Below, one piece after another: positions 55,363 to 64,000 of a stretch of 64,000 bases of DNA. Source of the stretch: a virus. How positions within the stretch are numbered: the first letter of the stretch is position 1; each line of letters begins with the position of its first letter. Below the pieces are notes generated by a model. It was given only the letters and a program-made list of their open reading frames with translations, did not search any database and was not told where the DNA came from. The DNA lies in the IMG/VR virus record IMGVR_UViG_3300050821_004119, positions 6,312-70,311 of that record. One strand, given 5' to 3'. Made by a program: the position numbers and the translations under genes.

Positions 55363-55973
55363 TTATCGACGTTTCGGAATTTCAGGGAGAAATCGAGTTC
55401 AAAAAGGTCGCAGACTCTAAAGAGATAAATGCCGTGTACATTCGCGCGACTCAAGGCGTTCATACCGTCGATTCAAAATTTGCTGAATACCACGATGGTT
55501 TCAAGGCTGTGGGCATCCCCGTCGGGGCATACCACTTCTTCGAATTCATGGCAAATCCAGCACAACAAGCACAGCATTTCATCAATACAATTGCTGGTCG
55601 CGAAGGTGATTTGATGCCGATGGTCGATTGCGAAGCTGGCGGACTTGTTGGACATTCTGATTTAGGCGATAAGATTCAGTGGTTACATACATACAACCAG
55701 TTTTTGTTAAATCATATGGAAACTAAGAATCTATTGATTTATACGGCATTATCATTCTGGAATGATGAATATCATGGAACTGGTTCGTTTGCCGGGCATC
55801 CTTTATGGATTGCTGAGTATAATAACGACAAAGAACCAACGCTTCCTAATGGTTTTACAAAATGGACACTTTGGCAACATACCGATCAAGGTCATATTGC
55901 CGGGATTACCCAAAATACTGTGGACCTCAACCGTTTAAACGGACCTGATCTTTCTGATATTAAGAGAGTTTAA
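55359..55973 (+). CDS. GH25 muramidase endolysin
   Basis: IDVSEFQG, RATQG, GAYHF, DCE (DxE), LWIAEY, WQHTDQG, VDLN. Confidence 0.93.
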   Translation: MIIDVSEFQGEIEFKKVADSKEINAVYIRATQGVHTVDSKFAEYHDGFKAVGIPVGAYHFFEFMANPAQQAQHFINTIAGREGDLMPMVDCEAGGLVGHSDLGDKIQWLHTYNQFLLNHMETKNLLIYTALSFWNDEYHGTGSFAGHPLWIAEYNNDKEPTLPNGFTKWTLWQHTDQGHIAGITQNTVDLNRLNGPDLSDIKRV

Positions 55974-57320
55974 ATGTCTATTAAAATGTACGAACGTCAT
56001 GAAATTACAATTGAATTAATTAATCAATGGGTAGCTGAATGCGAAACAGTTTCACAGGCAGCACGTAAATACCACAATCAAATTCATAGTAAAGTTCATG
56101 GCGTACCATCTACATATAATGGTGCTCGCCTGTTTATGTCCAATGTAATATCTGGTGGATCAGGGAAAGTAAATACAATTCCACCAGTGCTCGGAAATGC
56201 TGTTGAAAATCAAGCGTTAAATCGTATTCATGAATTGTTAATGGCATCAAATATTCCGGTCGAACAAATTGGTAAAATAGATAAAGTGCGTTTGTCTTCG
56301 GACGCAGTGAAGGTTCGTCAAGAAGATGGCTCAGATATTCTGACTCCGAAGTATCGCACAGGTATTACGATCTCTCCAATTTGGGCAGAAGGTCCTAAAT
56401 GGCCTGTGATCGAACAGGGTCCTAGTCTCAATATTCAGTATGTACCGAAAGTGGAAGCCGTTTCTAATACGAAGACCAAGGTTTTCGGATGGATGGACAC
56501 GCAGATTTGGTACTATCGCAATATTGAAACAATGGAATTGACGCCTTTTCATGATATTGATGCTATCAATATCGGACTCGAAGCCCTTCGTCTATATCAA
56601 CCTGATGTCCTTGTGATCGACGGTGACCTGATTGATATGGCTTCACACAGTAAATATCTCCAACTTCCAGAATTCCAATTGACATATCAACCTTCAATTA
56701 ATTTCACAACGAGATTAATCGGGAAGATGCGTTCGATTGTTGGTCCTAAATGCATTATTAAGTACGTACCAGGAAATCACGAGCGTCGTGCTGCCGAGTA
56801 TGCTGCGATTAATGCGAAAGCAAACTACGGTATCAAGCGTGGAACATTCGAAGGCGAACTGCCGGACACATGGCCTGTGCAATCACTCCCGTATTTATTA
56901 AGACTCGAACAAGCGAACGTCGAATACTTGAATGAATACCCAGGTGGGGAATATTGGGTAAATCCTAATATCATTTTCACACATCAGCCGGAGAAAAATA
57001 AGGACATACGGGCAACATTGATTCACGGACATGAAGAGTCTGGGACAATGAAGTCTCATTCGGTTCATACAAGCTCTGGTATTAAAGTCTATCGTCGTTA
57101 TTGCGTTCCAGGTTTCGGTCGTCAAGATAACAACACGGATAAAACTCTCTTGAGTGCGACCGCTGTTACCTCTAACAGGGCTAAGAAGTCAGGCAACCAG
57201 GCGTTCTGTACGATTGACATCGTTCGCGAGGACTTGTTTCAGGTTCTAGTTCATGATATTATGAATGGAGAATGTTCATTCTACGGTAAACATCTTCAGT
57301 CCAAGGATCTAAAGAAGTAG
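55974..57320 (+). CDS. calcineurin-like metallophosphoesterase
   Basis: DTQ, DGDLID, PGNHE, FTH, HGHE. Confidence 0.82.
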   Translation: MSIKMYERHEITIELINQWVAECETVSQAARKYHNQIHSKVHGVPSTYNGARLFMSNVISGGSGKVNTIPPVLGNAVENQALNRIHELLMASNIPVEQIGKIDKVRLSSDAVKVRQEDGSDILTPKYRTGITISPIWAEGPKWPVIEQGPSLNIQYVPKVEAVSNTKTKVFGWMDTQIWYYRNIETMELTPFHDIDAINIGLEALRLYQPDVLVIDGDLIDMASHSKYLQLPEFQLTYQPSINFTTRLIGKMRSIVGPKCIIKYVPGNHERRAAEYAAINAKANYGIKRGTFEGELPDTWPVQSLPYLLRLEQANVEYLNEYPGGEYWVNPNIIFTHQPEKNKDIRATLIHGHEESGTMKSHSVHTSSGIKVYRRYCVPGFGRQDNNTDKTLLSATAVTSNRAKKSGNQAFCTIDIVREDLFQVLVHDIMNGECSFYGKHLQSKDLKK

Positions 57321-57330
57321 GATTTCAGTC

Positions 57331-57921
57331 ATGGCAAAATCTAATCCGGCTGGACATGTCTATTTAATGGGCGACATTGATGATAAACCAAATGTCGATG
57401 AGAATGTTGCCTTTCGTGCGATTACTTCAATGCTTGATATTCACAAAAAACTGAGACTAACGATTCCAATTACTCTATTTCTATCTACATACGGTGGAGA
57501 TGTAAGTATGACATGGACGATATTCTCAGTTATTGATCGTATTCGCAGAGAAGGTCGTAAGGTCAATGGACATGTACTTGGTGCGGCACAAAGTGGAGGG
57601 TTTTATATCCTTCAACATTGTGATCAAAGAATTGCAGAGTCATCTTCTTCTTTCATGGTTCATGAATTTCAAAGCAGTGCTACCGGAAGCACTAGTGACC
57701 TTACAAAATTAATTGCTCATAATAGAAGACTTGAGAAACAGCAGTTTGAACTATGGTCTAGGCGCACAGGTAAACCTTTAGCTTATTATATTGAAAAGAA
57801 TGCTGGACATGATTGGATGATGTTACCTCATGAAGTTCTCGACGAGAAATTATTGGACGTGATCATCCCAGGCCCAAAGTTCCCAAAACTGATCCCACCT
57901 GTCAAAGTCGTTAAAACATGA
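57331..57921 (+). CDS. ClpP-like serine protease
   Basis: LSTYGGDV, GAAQSGG (Ser), MVHE (His), HDW (Asp). Confidence 0.85.
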   Translation: MAKSNPAGHVYLMGDIDDKPNVDENVAFRAITSMLDIHKKLRLTIPITLFLSTYGGDVSMTWTIFSVIDRIRREGRKVNGHVLGAAQSGGFYILQHCDQRIAESSSSFMVHEFQSSATGSTSDLTKLIAHNRRLEKQQFELWSRRTGKPLAYYIEKNAGHDWMMLPHEVLDEKLLDVIIPGPKFPKLIPPVKVVKT

Positions 57922-58172
57922 AAAACTGCCTGATCATCGGTTCTATGAATTTTGTCGCATACCTATTACTTGTGTTTAATTTCAGAGCAGTTGCACAAGG
58001 AAGATACCTCGAATCTATAATTTCAGATACTCTGATCGCTTCTATGGGATTCTCTATGGTTAAGAAAATTGGAGAGGCAACAACTCTCGGACAACGGTTT
58101 TCTTTTATTCTAGGAGGTTCACTTGCAAGCGGTTTGGGTATATGGATAACTAAACAAATGTTCCACCAGTAA
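57918..58172 (+). CDS. small multi-pass membrane protein
   Basis: Three hydrophobic segments, GG..AS.LG. Confidence 0.65.
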   Translation: MKNCLIIGSMNFVAYLLLVFNFRAVAQGRYLESIISDTLIASMGFSMVKKIGEATTLGQRFSFILGGSLASGLGIWITKQMFHQ

Positions 58173-58186
58173 CCTTAGGAGATTCT

Positions 58187-58738
58187 ATGAGTCGAGCTTT
58201 ACAATCTATGATTGGTCAAAAATTTAATCAGTTAACAGTTATAGATCAATTTATTAAGAATGACAAGACATATTGTATATGTTCTTGTGATTGCGAACGT
58301 AATAAGGAAACTGAAGTATCGGCACAGAATTTAAAAAACAATGCTGTAATGTCATGTGGATGTGGATATCGCAAAAGACCATATGGAGAAGCAGCAAGAC
58401 ATGGTTTATTTCATATATATGAAACTGGGGCAATTAAAAGAAATTTAGAATTCTTGCTAACTGAGAAAGAATTTGAATATATTACTAAACAAAATTGTTA
58501 TTATTGTGGAATAGAACCCAAACAGTCTTATGGATTTGGAAGAAGTAACGGTGATTATGTCTATAATGGCATAGATCGTTATGACAATAATTACGGATAT
58601 TGTTTAGAAAATTGTGTTCCAGCTTGTAAAATTTGCAATTATGCAAAAGACACTCTTACAACACAGGAGTTTTTAGAGTGGGTCAAAAGAATCGCTATTC
58701 ATAATCCAGAGAACTTTCTTAATTCAAAGGAGAATTAA
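58187..58738 (+). CDS. HNH endonuclease
   Basis: GQKFNQLTV..CSCDC..SCGC; CYYCG..NGIDR.DN..NCVPACKICN. Confidence 0.87.
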   Translation: MSRALQSMIGQKFNQLTVIDQFIKNDKTYCICSCDCERNKETEVSAQNLKNNAVMSCGCGYRKRPYGEAARHGLFHIYETGAIKRNLEFLLTEKEFEYITKQNCYYCGIEPKQSYGFGRSNGDYVYNGIDRYDNNYGYCLENCVPACKICNYAKDTLTTQEFLEWVKRIAIHNPENFLNSKEN

Positions 58739-58739
58739 A

Positions 58740-59021
58740 ATGAACGCATTATTAAAATCAGCTCTCGTTGGTGGTTTAGGTATTGTCGGCCCAGCGGTCT
58801 TCCAGATCGTTTCTGCTCCAACTGGTGGCCTAGCTGCCTTCCTCGTGGCAAACCCGGCCTTAGGAGCAATTTATGCCCTAGGTGTATATGCTCTACATAA
58901 CTTAATCTCAGCACAAACTGCAAAACTAATTGCCGTGCCTGCGGCCCAGGTTACGCCGACACAGGCCGCTGTGACGACGGTTGTGGCCGAGTTGGTTGCC
59001 CCGGTGGTTGCCAAGCTGTAA
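58740..59021 (+). CDS. holin-like membrane protein
   Basis: Two hydrophobic helices; AAGGAG RBS; last gene of the late operon. Confidence 0.5.
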   Translation: MNALLKSALVGGLGIVGPAVFQIVSAPTGGLAAFLVANPALGAIYALGVYALHNLISAQTAKLIAVPAAQVTPTQAAVTTVVAELVAPVVAKL

Positions 59022-59040
59022 ATCGTTGCCCTCTCCACAA

Positions 59041-59080
59041 AGAAAAGACCCGCCGGTTAGTTACCGAGCGGGTCTTTTCT
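59041..59080. terminator. bidirectional intrinsic terminator
   Basis: AGAAAAGACCCGC..GCGGGTCTTTTCT between convergent operons. Confidence 0.85.
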
Positions 59081-59454
59081 TATTCTGTTTTAATGAGGCT
59101 TCCCTTATCAACTTCCATAAAACATAATCGCATTAAATTACTGCCACATTTGAAACACTCAAATGACTTGTGAGATCCAATGATGTCTAATTTATCTGCT
59201 GACTCTACATACACATGTTTGTAATAATCCAATACGTACGCATGTCTACATTGCATACACATCCATCGACCAACAGTAACCATTTCTTTAGGACATTCAT
59301 TCATCTTGCCTAATGCCTGTTGCTTTGCTAATGCATGTTTTAACAATTCACCGTGAACCTCGATAAATGCCTTTTCAAAGATGATACGATTTTTTCGTTC
59401 CCTTAAGAAGACCCATATGATGACTCCAATAATTACGGACATAAATATGATCAT
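59080..59454 (-). CDS. membrane-anchored zinc-ribbon protein
   Basis: N-terminal TM segment, CMQC..CFKC. Confidence 0.6.
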   Translation of the reverse strand: MIIFMSVIIGVIIWVFLRERKNRIIFEKAFIEVHGELLKHALAKQQALGKMNECPKEMVTVGRWMCMQCRHAYVLDYYKHVYVESADKLDIIGSHKSFECFKCGSNLMRLCFMEVDKGSLIKTE

Positions 59455-61223
59455 AAGACACAATTACCTGTTCTACAATCATCGCTGATTGCTTCCTCTA
59501 CATCCTGTATTCGCACTAAAGCTAGAGCTTCCTCTAATGGCAGTCTTTCAAGGGGAGCATCGGGCCTGGAACCTTCAGGATATACTGTCATACCCTTAAG
59601 TTTAGGCAAGAATTCCCGATATAGAGCGTCCATTCTTTCGATAGTATATAGATCCTGGGGAATATTGATCGTCTTAGAAACCGCATTATCAATGTGTTCT
59701 TGCCAGGCAAGCTGCATTCTTAGGTGATCTTCTGGAGCAATATCCGAAGCAGATTCAAAACAACTGACATCCTGATCGGCTAGGACCATCTCTTTAAACA
59801 ACGAGTCAACGACCAGAGATTGTGTCTTCTCTCCGTCTTTATAGAATCGCCGATTATAGGCTGAGGCGAAGATAGGTTCTATGCCGGTGCTGACGCCCTG
59901 AACCATGCCGGTTGTGCCGGTAGGTGCAATCGTGAGTAAAGAACAGTTCCTGAGTCCCAGAAGTTTAATCTTGCTCTTCATAGACGGTTTCATGCGCCCA
60001 ATGAAGTTACCCCTAGTAAAAGCCTTTTGAGCATCCCAAAGTGGGAAAGGTCCCTTTTCTGAAGATAGATTAATGCTTGTGTCATAGGCGGCATGTTTAA
60101 TGAATTCTGATATCTTGGAACATGCATCCCGACCTTCTTGGCTGGAATACTTGAGTCCAAGTTTGATTAGCATATAATGAACGCCCATGACACCCATGCC
60201 GACGCGCCTGGTATCCAGAGCTTCTTGCTTAATCTCGGGTAGCGGATAATATGACACCGAAAGAACGTTATCTAGGAACCTGACCGCGACCGACACTGTG
60301 TGATGCAGGAACTCCCAATCAATCTTATCTCTGAAATTTTTAGATTTTGAGGTTTTAATGAATCTAGGAAGAACTAATGCTCCTAAACAACATGATGAAT
60401 AAGCATGCAACCACTGTTCACCGCAAGGATTCGTACATATAAGAGTCCGACAATAAGCGATGTTGCTATCTTCATTAGCTCTGAATCCATTAAGAACACC
60501 TGGTTCGCCATTGCTTAATGAATGTTGGAGAATTTTTTGCCATATTTCCTGTGCCGGAATTGTACTTCTAATTGTTCCCTGAAATATGAGATCAAGGTTT
60601 TCATTCTTATCAACTTTATCAAAGAATGTCAAAGGATCAAAATCAAAAATTACCGAGGCATTCCCGTTATTCAATTGTCCAAGATCCATCTTGGCATGCA
60701 CGAATTCCATAATATCAGGGTGGTTAATATTGAGAGCGAACATGCGAGCAGCACGACGGGAAGAACCAGAACGAATTTCTTCGAGTGCAGCATTCTCAAT
60801 CTTCATGATCGAAACGGCACCACTGGCAACGCCACCAGTTCCATTAATCTTTGCTCCTCTATATCGAATGTTACTGTAATTCTCACCTAAACCTCCACCA
60901 GTTCCACTGATAATGATATTCTGTCCGACCATACGTGCCCAACCTTCGCGACTGTCTTCAGTAGGGATCACGAAGCAGTTCAAAAGTTGTGAAACAGGTC
61001 GTCCACATCCATACCAAATACGACCACCAGGCATAAATGCCCCAGTGCGAATGATTTCATTGAATGCCGCTGACCAATATTTTGAATTACTCTCTTGGGT
61101 ACTGACAAAAGAAGACAGTCTTAATGCTGCCTGTTCATAGGTTTCTTCTGGATTAATCGTGTAGCGATCTTGAAATATCTCTAATCCAAGTCCGCTTGGA
61201 TTAAAATTCGGTTTGTCTAGCAT
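59451..61223 (-). CDS. nrdJ: ribonucleotide reductase, class II (adenosylcobalamin-type)
   Basis: PGGRI, LNCF, TNPCGEQ, CCLG, TIAPTGT, SKTIN, C-terminal CxxxxC; no NrdB nearby. Confidence 0.88.
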   Translation of the reverse strand: MLDKPNFNPSGLGLEIFQDRYTINPEETYEQAALRLSSFVSTQESNSKYWSAAFNEIIRTGAFMPGGRIWYGCGRPVSQLLNCFVIPTEDSREGWARMVGQNIIISGTGGGLGENYSNIRYRGAKINGTGGVASGAVSIMKIENAALEEIRSGSSRRAARMFALNINHPDIMEFVHAKMDLGQLNNGNASVIFDFDPLTFFDKVDKNENLDLIFQGTIRSTIPAQEIWQKILQHSLSNGEPGVLNGFRANEDSNIAYCRTLICTNPCGEQWLHAYSSCCLGALVLPRFIKTSKSKNFRDKIDWEFLHHTVSVAVRFLDNVLSVSYYPLPEIKQEALDTRRVGMGVMGVHYMLIKLGLKYSSQEGRDACSKISEFIKHAAYDTSINLSSEKGPFPLWDAQKAFTRGNFIGRMKPSMKSKIKLLGLRNCSLLTIAPTGTTGMVQGVSTGIEPIFASAYNRRFYKDGEKTQSLVVDSLFKEMVLADQDVSCFESASDIAPEDHLRMQLAWQEHIDNAVSKTINIPQDLYTIERMDALYREFLPKLKGMTVYPEGSRPDAPLERLPLEEALALVRIQDVEEAISDDCRTGNCVL

Positions 61224-61555
61224 TAGTGCAAATCCTGATCTTCATACATTTCTTGTAATTTAAGGACACGGGCATATGCTAATTCAACCTGAGCACCGCG
61301 ACTATTTTCATAACCACGAAGTAGGTAAATCGCATCACAGATTTCCATCAAAGCAAGATCAATTCTGATCGCTTTAATATAATCAAAATCTGGGGGAGAA
61401 ATATCAAATTTAGCTGTAGGGAAACAAAGGCGATCAATTTCTGCAGGGTTAATCACTGTATGACCAAAGGCACGAAGTTCCTTAGCAGCTTGATCAAAGG
61501 CCGGAAAGTTAAGATGCGGTATGCCTGACATAGGCCCGCTGATATACGCTTTCAT
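61223..61555 (-). CDS. DUF4406-like / nucleoside 2-deoxyribosyltransferase-fold protein
   Basis: YISGPMSG..NFPAF, NPAE, CDAIYLL.G.ENSRGA..E. Confidence 0.8.
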   Translation of the reverse strand: MKAYISGPMSGIPHLNFPAFDQAAKELRAFGHTVINPAEIDRLCFPTAKFDISPPDFDYIKAIRIDLALMEICDAIYLLRGYENSRGAQVELAYARVLKLQEMYEDQDLH

Positions 61556-61881
61556 TTGATATCCTTATTCTTGACGATCATATTATTAACAACAGAACAA
61601 ACTGATTTACGATGTTCGAGTTTAGGAACAATATAATCTGCAACTCTTTGTAGATTATATCCAGACACAATGCCATGCATAAGAACGGTAACAATAACAT
61701 CACCGAATTCTTTTTCCTGATCTTCCACAGACCAATTCTTATTGGTTGTTTCTGCAAGTTCGCCGACTTCTTCGATAATCTTCATAAAGGTTTTTTCACG
61801 AGTAGTCTTAGCACCCTTATTAGTGAAAAACTGATCGTAAAAGGAATCGACAGCACATTGAATACTATAAATCGGTGTCAT
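61552..61881 (-). CDS. MazG-like nucleotide pyrophosphohydrolase
   Basis: KIIEEVGELAE..EFGD. Confidence 0.8.
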   Translation of the reverse strand: MTPIYSIQCAVDSFYDQFFTNKGAKTTREKTFMKIIEEVGELAETTNKNWSVEDQEKEFGDVIVTVLMHGIVSGYNLQRVADYIVPKLEHRKSVCSVVNNMIVKNKDIK

Positions 61882-62071
61882 CAAATTCTCCAATCTCATC
61901 AATTCTATTAAATCTGATGCGATAATCAGATGAATTCCTGCACTTGGCAAATTCTGAAACATAGACTTCAATAAATTTATTACCATCAGTAAGAGTAATA
62001 TTACTTCCAATATCTATAATCTCATCACCAATGAGTAGTTTTAATGTATCTTTGTAAGTTTTGTTATTCAC
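61865..62071 (-). CDS. hypothetical protein
   Basis: 68 aa, coupled to neighbouring genes. Confidence 0.55.
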   Translation of the reverse strand: MNNKTYKDTLKLLIGDEIIDIGSNITLTDGNKFIEVYVSEFAKCRNSSDYRIRFNRIDEIGEFDDTDL

Positions 62072-62874
62072 TGTATTGCCCCTAACCCTGATATTCTGCC
62101 GAATTCAGAAAGAATTTGCTGATTTGTTTTCTTGACAATTTGTCTGATACGAGATTCACCAAGTTTGCATCCGTAATCTTTTTCGTTACTTAAATGTTCG
62201 TCAATTTGTTGTACACTTTTGCCACTGAACCAATGTAATCGCCAGATTTCTCCATCTATTTCAGAACATATTTTCTTTTTCAAAGATATTTGATGTAGTT
62301 GTTTCAGAATTTCAATACATCGTTCATCTCGAATCTCTGCTAATTCTTGATCTTCATATTCCATGATTCCACCAATTGTGGCTTCATAAATATCACGAGA
62401 AATAGATCCCATTTGTTTTTTATGGTCTATGTATATATCTTCGTGATTCAGATCCATAGAAAATTCATGGTCCCAACCGTACTTTTTAATCTTCTTTTGA
62501 ATACTATATTGTACGCGACGATACAACTTGTTCTTAATATAGTTGCCAAATACTGCAAGAGTGTTATCACCTTGTTGTTTAATTTTAAAATCATTAATTA
62601 CAAGGTCATAGAATTCTAATAAAACATCCTGATGAAAATCAACCCAGGTATATTTGACTTCTTTTAACCTGTATGTTTGATAAAGATATTTTGCAATCTT
62701 TTGAATCAGGTATTTAAACTGTACAGTTATGTCGATCAGAGCCTGATCTCTCTGGATCTTGGTATATGTCTGATCAATATTCTGAATAATAAGAACCAAT
62801 GATTCTGGTCTGGACTTATTACTTTGACAGAAAGGACAGTTTGTTACAACTGCATTACAGATCGGACATTTCAT
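62068..62874 (-). CDS. sigma-factor-like protein with N-terminal zinc ribbon
   Basis: CPIC..CPFC; LIQKIA..DFHQD..F..YI region-2-like; GKSVQQI..GESRIRQI region-4 HTH. Confidence 0.7.
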   Translation of the reverse strand: MKCPICNAVVTNCPFCQSNKSRPESLVLIIQNIDQTYTKIQRDQALIDITVQFKYLIQKIAKYLYQTYRLKEVKYTWVDFHQDVLLEFYDLVINDFKIKQQGDNTLAVFGNYIKNKLYRRVQYSIQKKIKKYGWDHEFSMDLNHEDIYIDHKKQMGSISRDIYEATIGGIMEYEDQELAEIRDERCIEILKQLHQISLKKKICSEIDGEIWRLHWFSGKSVQQIDEHLSNEKDYGCKLGESRIRQIVKKTNQQILSEFGRISGLGAIQ

Positions 62875-64000
62875 ACTATGGTCCTTAACATAGAAACATA
62901 AAAGTATCCTGCCCACTTCGTAGGGTCCGACTTCTTACCAATAATATCCACAATTGATCCTTTAGAAAATTCTGGGTTATTCATCTTATTCATTTGTGCG
63001 GCATTCAAAATACATTTCATTGTTGCGGTCTCGTCTTCGAGATCAACTATTAACATAAACTTACCATCTTTTTTGCTTTTCTTTTTAATGATATTGGTGA
63101 TCATAACTCGAATGTGATGTTCCCGGTATTTCTCAACTGATCGTTGTCCATATTTCGTATGAGTTATCTTCTTTTCTGTTCGCCAGTCTTCTTCGACTTC
63201 CTTCAAAGTAACTAGATTCTGAACTTCAGATTGCCATTGAACACGGTTTACTTGACAGGGATGCCCTGAGATGTGGAATCCAAATAAATCGTATTCTTCT
63301 GCAAGAGTGATAGGCGTTGTGATGTTATCTATCTGATCGAAGCATCCAGACCTATGGAAGGCATCAAGAACTATTGATGTAGCATGGCGAGCAGGAATGC
63401 GTTCTCTCCAATTCAGACTATTTAGAAAATAACCGTTTTGATCTCTTTCTGCAATAATGTGATCGACACTTGCCGGTCCAACACCACGAATGCAGTCTAG
63501 GCCAAGCATAATGGTATTTTTATCTAAGGCGATAAAACCCCTGCCTGAATAGTTTACATCTGGGGGAACCAGAACACAACTAGCCATCTGTGCATCTCTG
63601 ATAAGAGTTGGTATATTATCCTTCGTACTGTCGTTCTCCGCCGTCAGGCAGGCCGCCAGGAAGTATGCTGGGTAGTATGCTTTTGCCCAGGCTGTCTGAG
63701 CCGTGAGATAGCTGTAGGCCATAGCGTGAGAGCGATTAAAGACGTACTCAGCCATAGGTAGAATCTGTCCCCAGAGTTCCTCGCCGGTTTCTCTGGTAAT
63801 ATCGCAATTTGCTATAAGACCTTCGATAAGCTGTTCCTTATACTTAGGAATCTTATCGACCTGCTTCTTACCCATAACTTTACGAAGGTCGTCGGCCTCA
63901 GCTAATGAGAACCCAGCGCACTTATGAGCAATCGCCATAATGTCTTCTTGGAAAGCAAGGCAACCGAAGTTACCTTCTAGGATTGGTTTTAATTGAGGGA
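62871..64000 (-). CDS. dnaE: DNA polymerase III alpha subunit (3' part)
   Basis: FQEDIM, AGFSLAEADDLRKVMGKK, YVFNRSHA.AY, PPDVNYS, GL..IRGVG, HISGHP; open at the window edge. Confidence 0.95.
   Translation of the reverse strand, partial: PQLKPILEGNFGCLAFQEDIMAIAHKCAGFSLAEADDLRKVMGKKQVDKIPKYKEQLIEGLIANCDITRETGEELWGQILPMAEYVFNRSHAMAYSYLTAQTAWAKAYYPAYFLAACLTAENDSTKDNIPTLIRDAQMASCVLVPPDVNYSGRGFIALDKNTIMLGLDCIRGVGPASVDHIIAERDQNGYFLNSLNWRERIPARHATSIVLDAFHRSGCFDQIDNITTPITLAEEYDLFGFHISGHPCQVNRVQWQSEVQNLVTLKEVEEDWRTEKKITHTKYGQRSVEKYREHHIRVMITNIIKKKSKKDGKFMLIVDLEDETATMKCILNAAQMNKMNNPEFSKGSIVDIIGKKSDPTKWAGYFYVSMLRTIV

Noticed and set aside
59451-64000. Inteins or introns in RNR or DnaE
   Set aside because: The motifs are contiguous, lengths are compact, and no intein-type termini or LAGLIDADG blocks were seen.
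1-64000. Alternative genetic code
   Set aside because: Core genes are full length under the standard code and TAA, TAG and TGA all act as stops.

Overview
The window is about 64 kb of a tailed dsDNA phage with a long non-contractile tail: it has a 1906-aa tape measure protein, a tail tube gene and no sheath gene. There are four blocks. (1) 1-16.9 kb, minus strand, replication/recombination: a DnaG primase apparently fused to a DnaB-type N-domain (runs off the left edge and is missing from the ORF track), SF2 helicase, RuvC, RecA, SSB-like protein, PD-(D/E)XK nuclease, ThyX and a sigma-like protein. This block is interrupted at 12.6-13.3 kb by a highly structured, promoter-driven plus-strand segment. 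(2) 17-21.6 kb, a likely early/host-interaction region of tiny ORFs behind repeated sigma28-like promoters. It contains a canonical hammerhead ribozyme in front of a micro-lipoprotein gene, a secreted His-rich peptide gene and a non-coding motif cluster. (3) 21.7-59 kb, plus strand: tRNA-Asp, tRNA-Glu, an HNH-split tRNA remnant, a serine recombinase, dCMP deaminase, then terminase, portal, protease, capsid, tail and lysis genes. Unusually, three signal-peptide proteins with paired cysteines follow the capsid gene, and a glycosyltransferase sits inside the tail operon. (4) 59-64 kb, minus strand: class II RNR, DUF4406-like, MazG-like, a second sigma-like protein and the 3' part of DnaE. Both edges cut minus-strand replication genes, which is compatible with a circularly permuted genome only slightly larger than the window (inference). 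All product calls come from reading motifs by eye and from gene order; no database searches were run.
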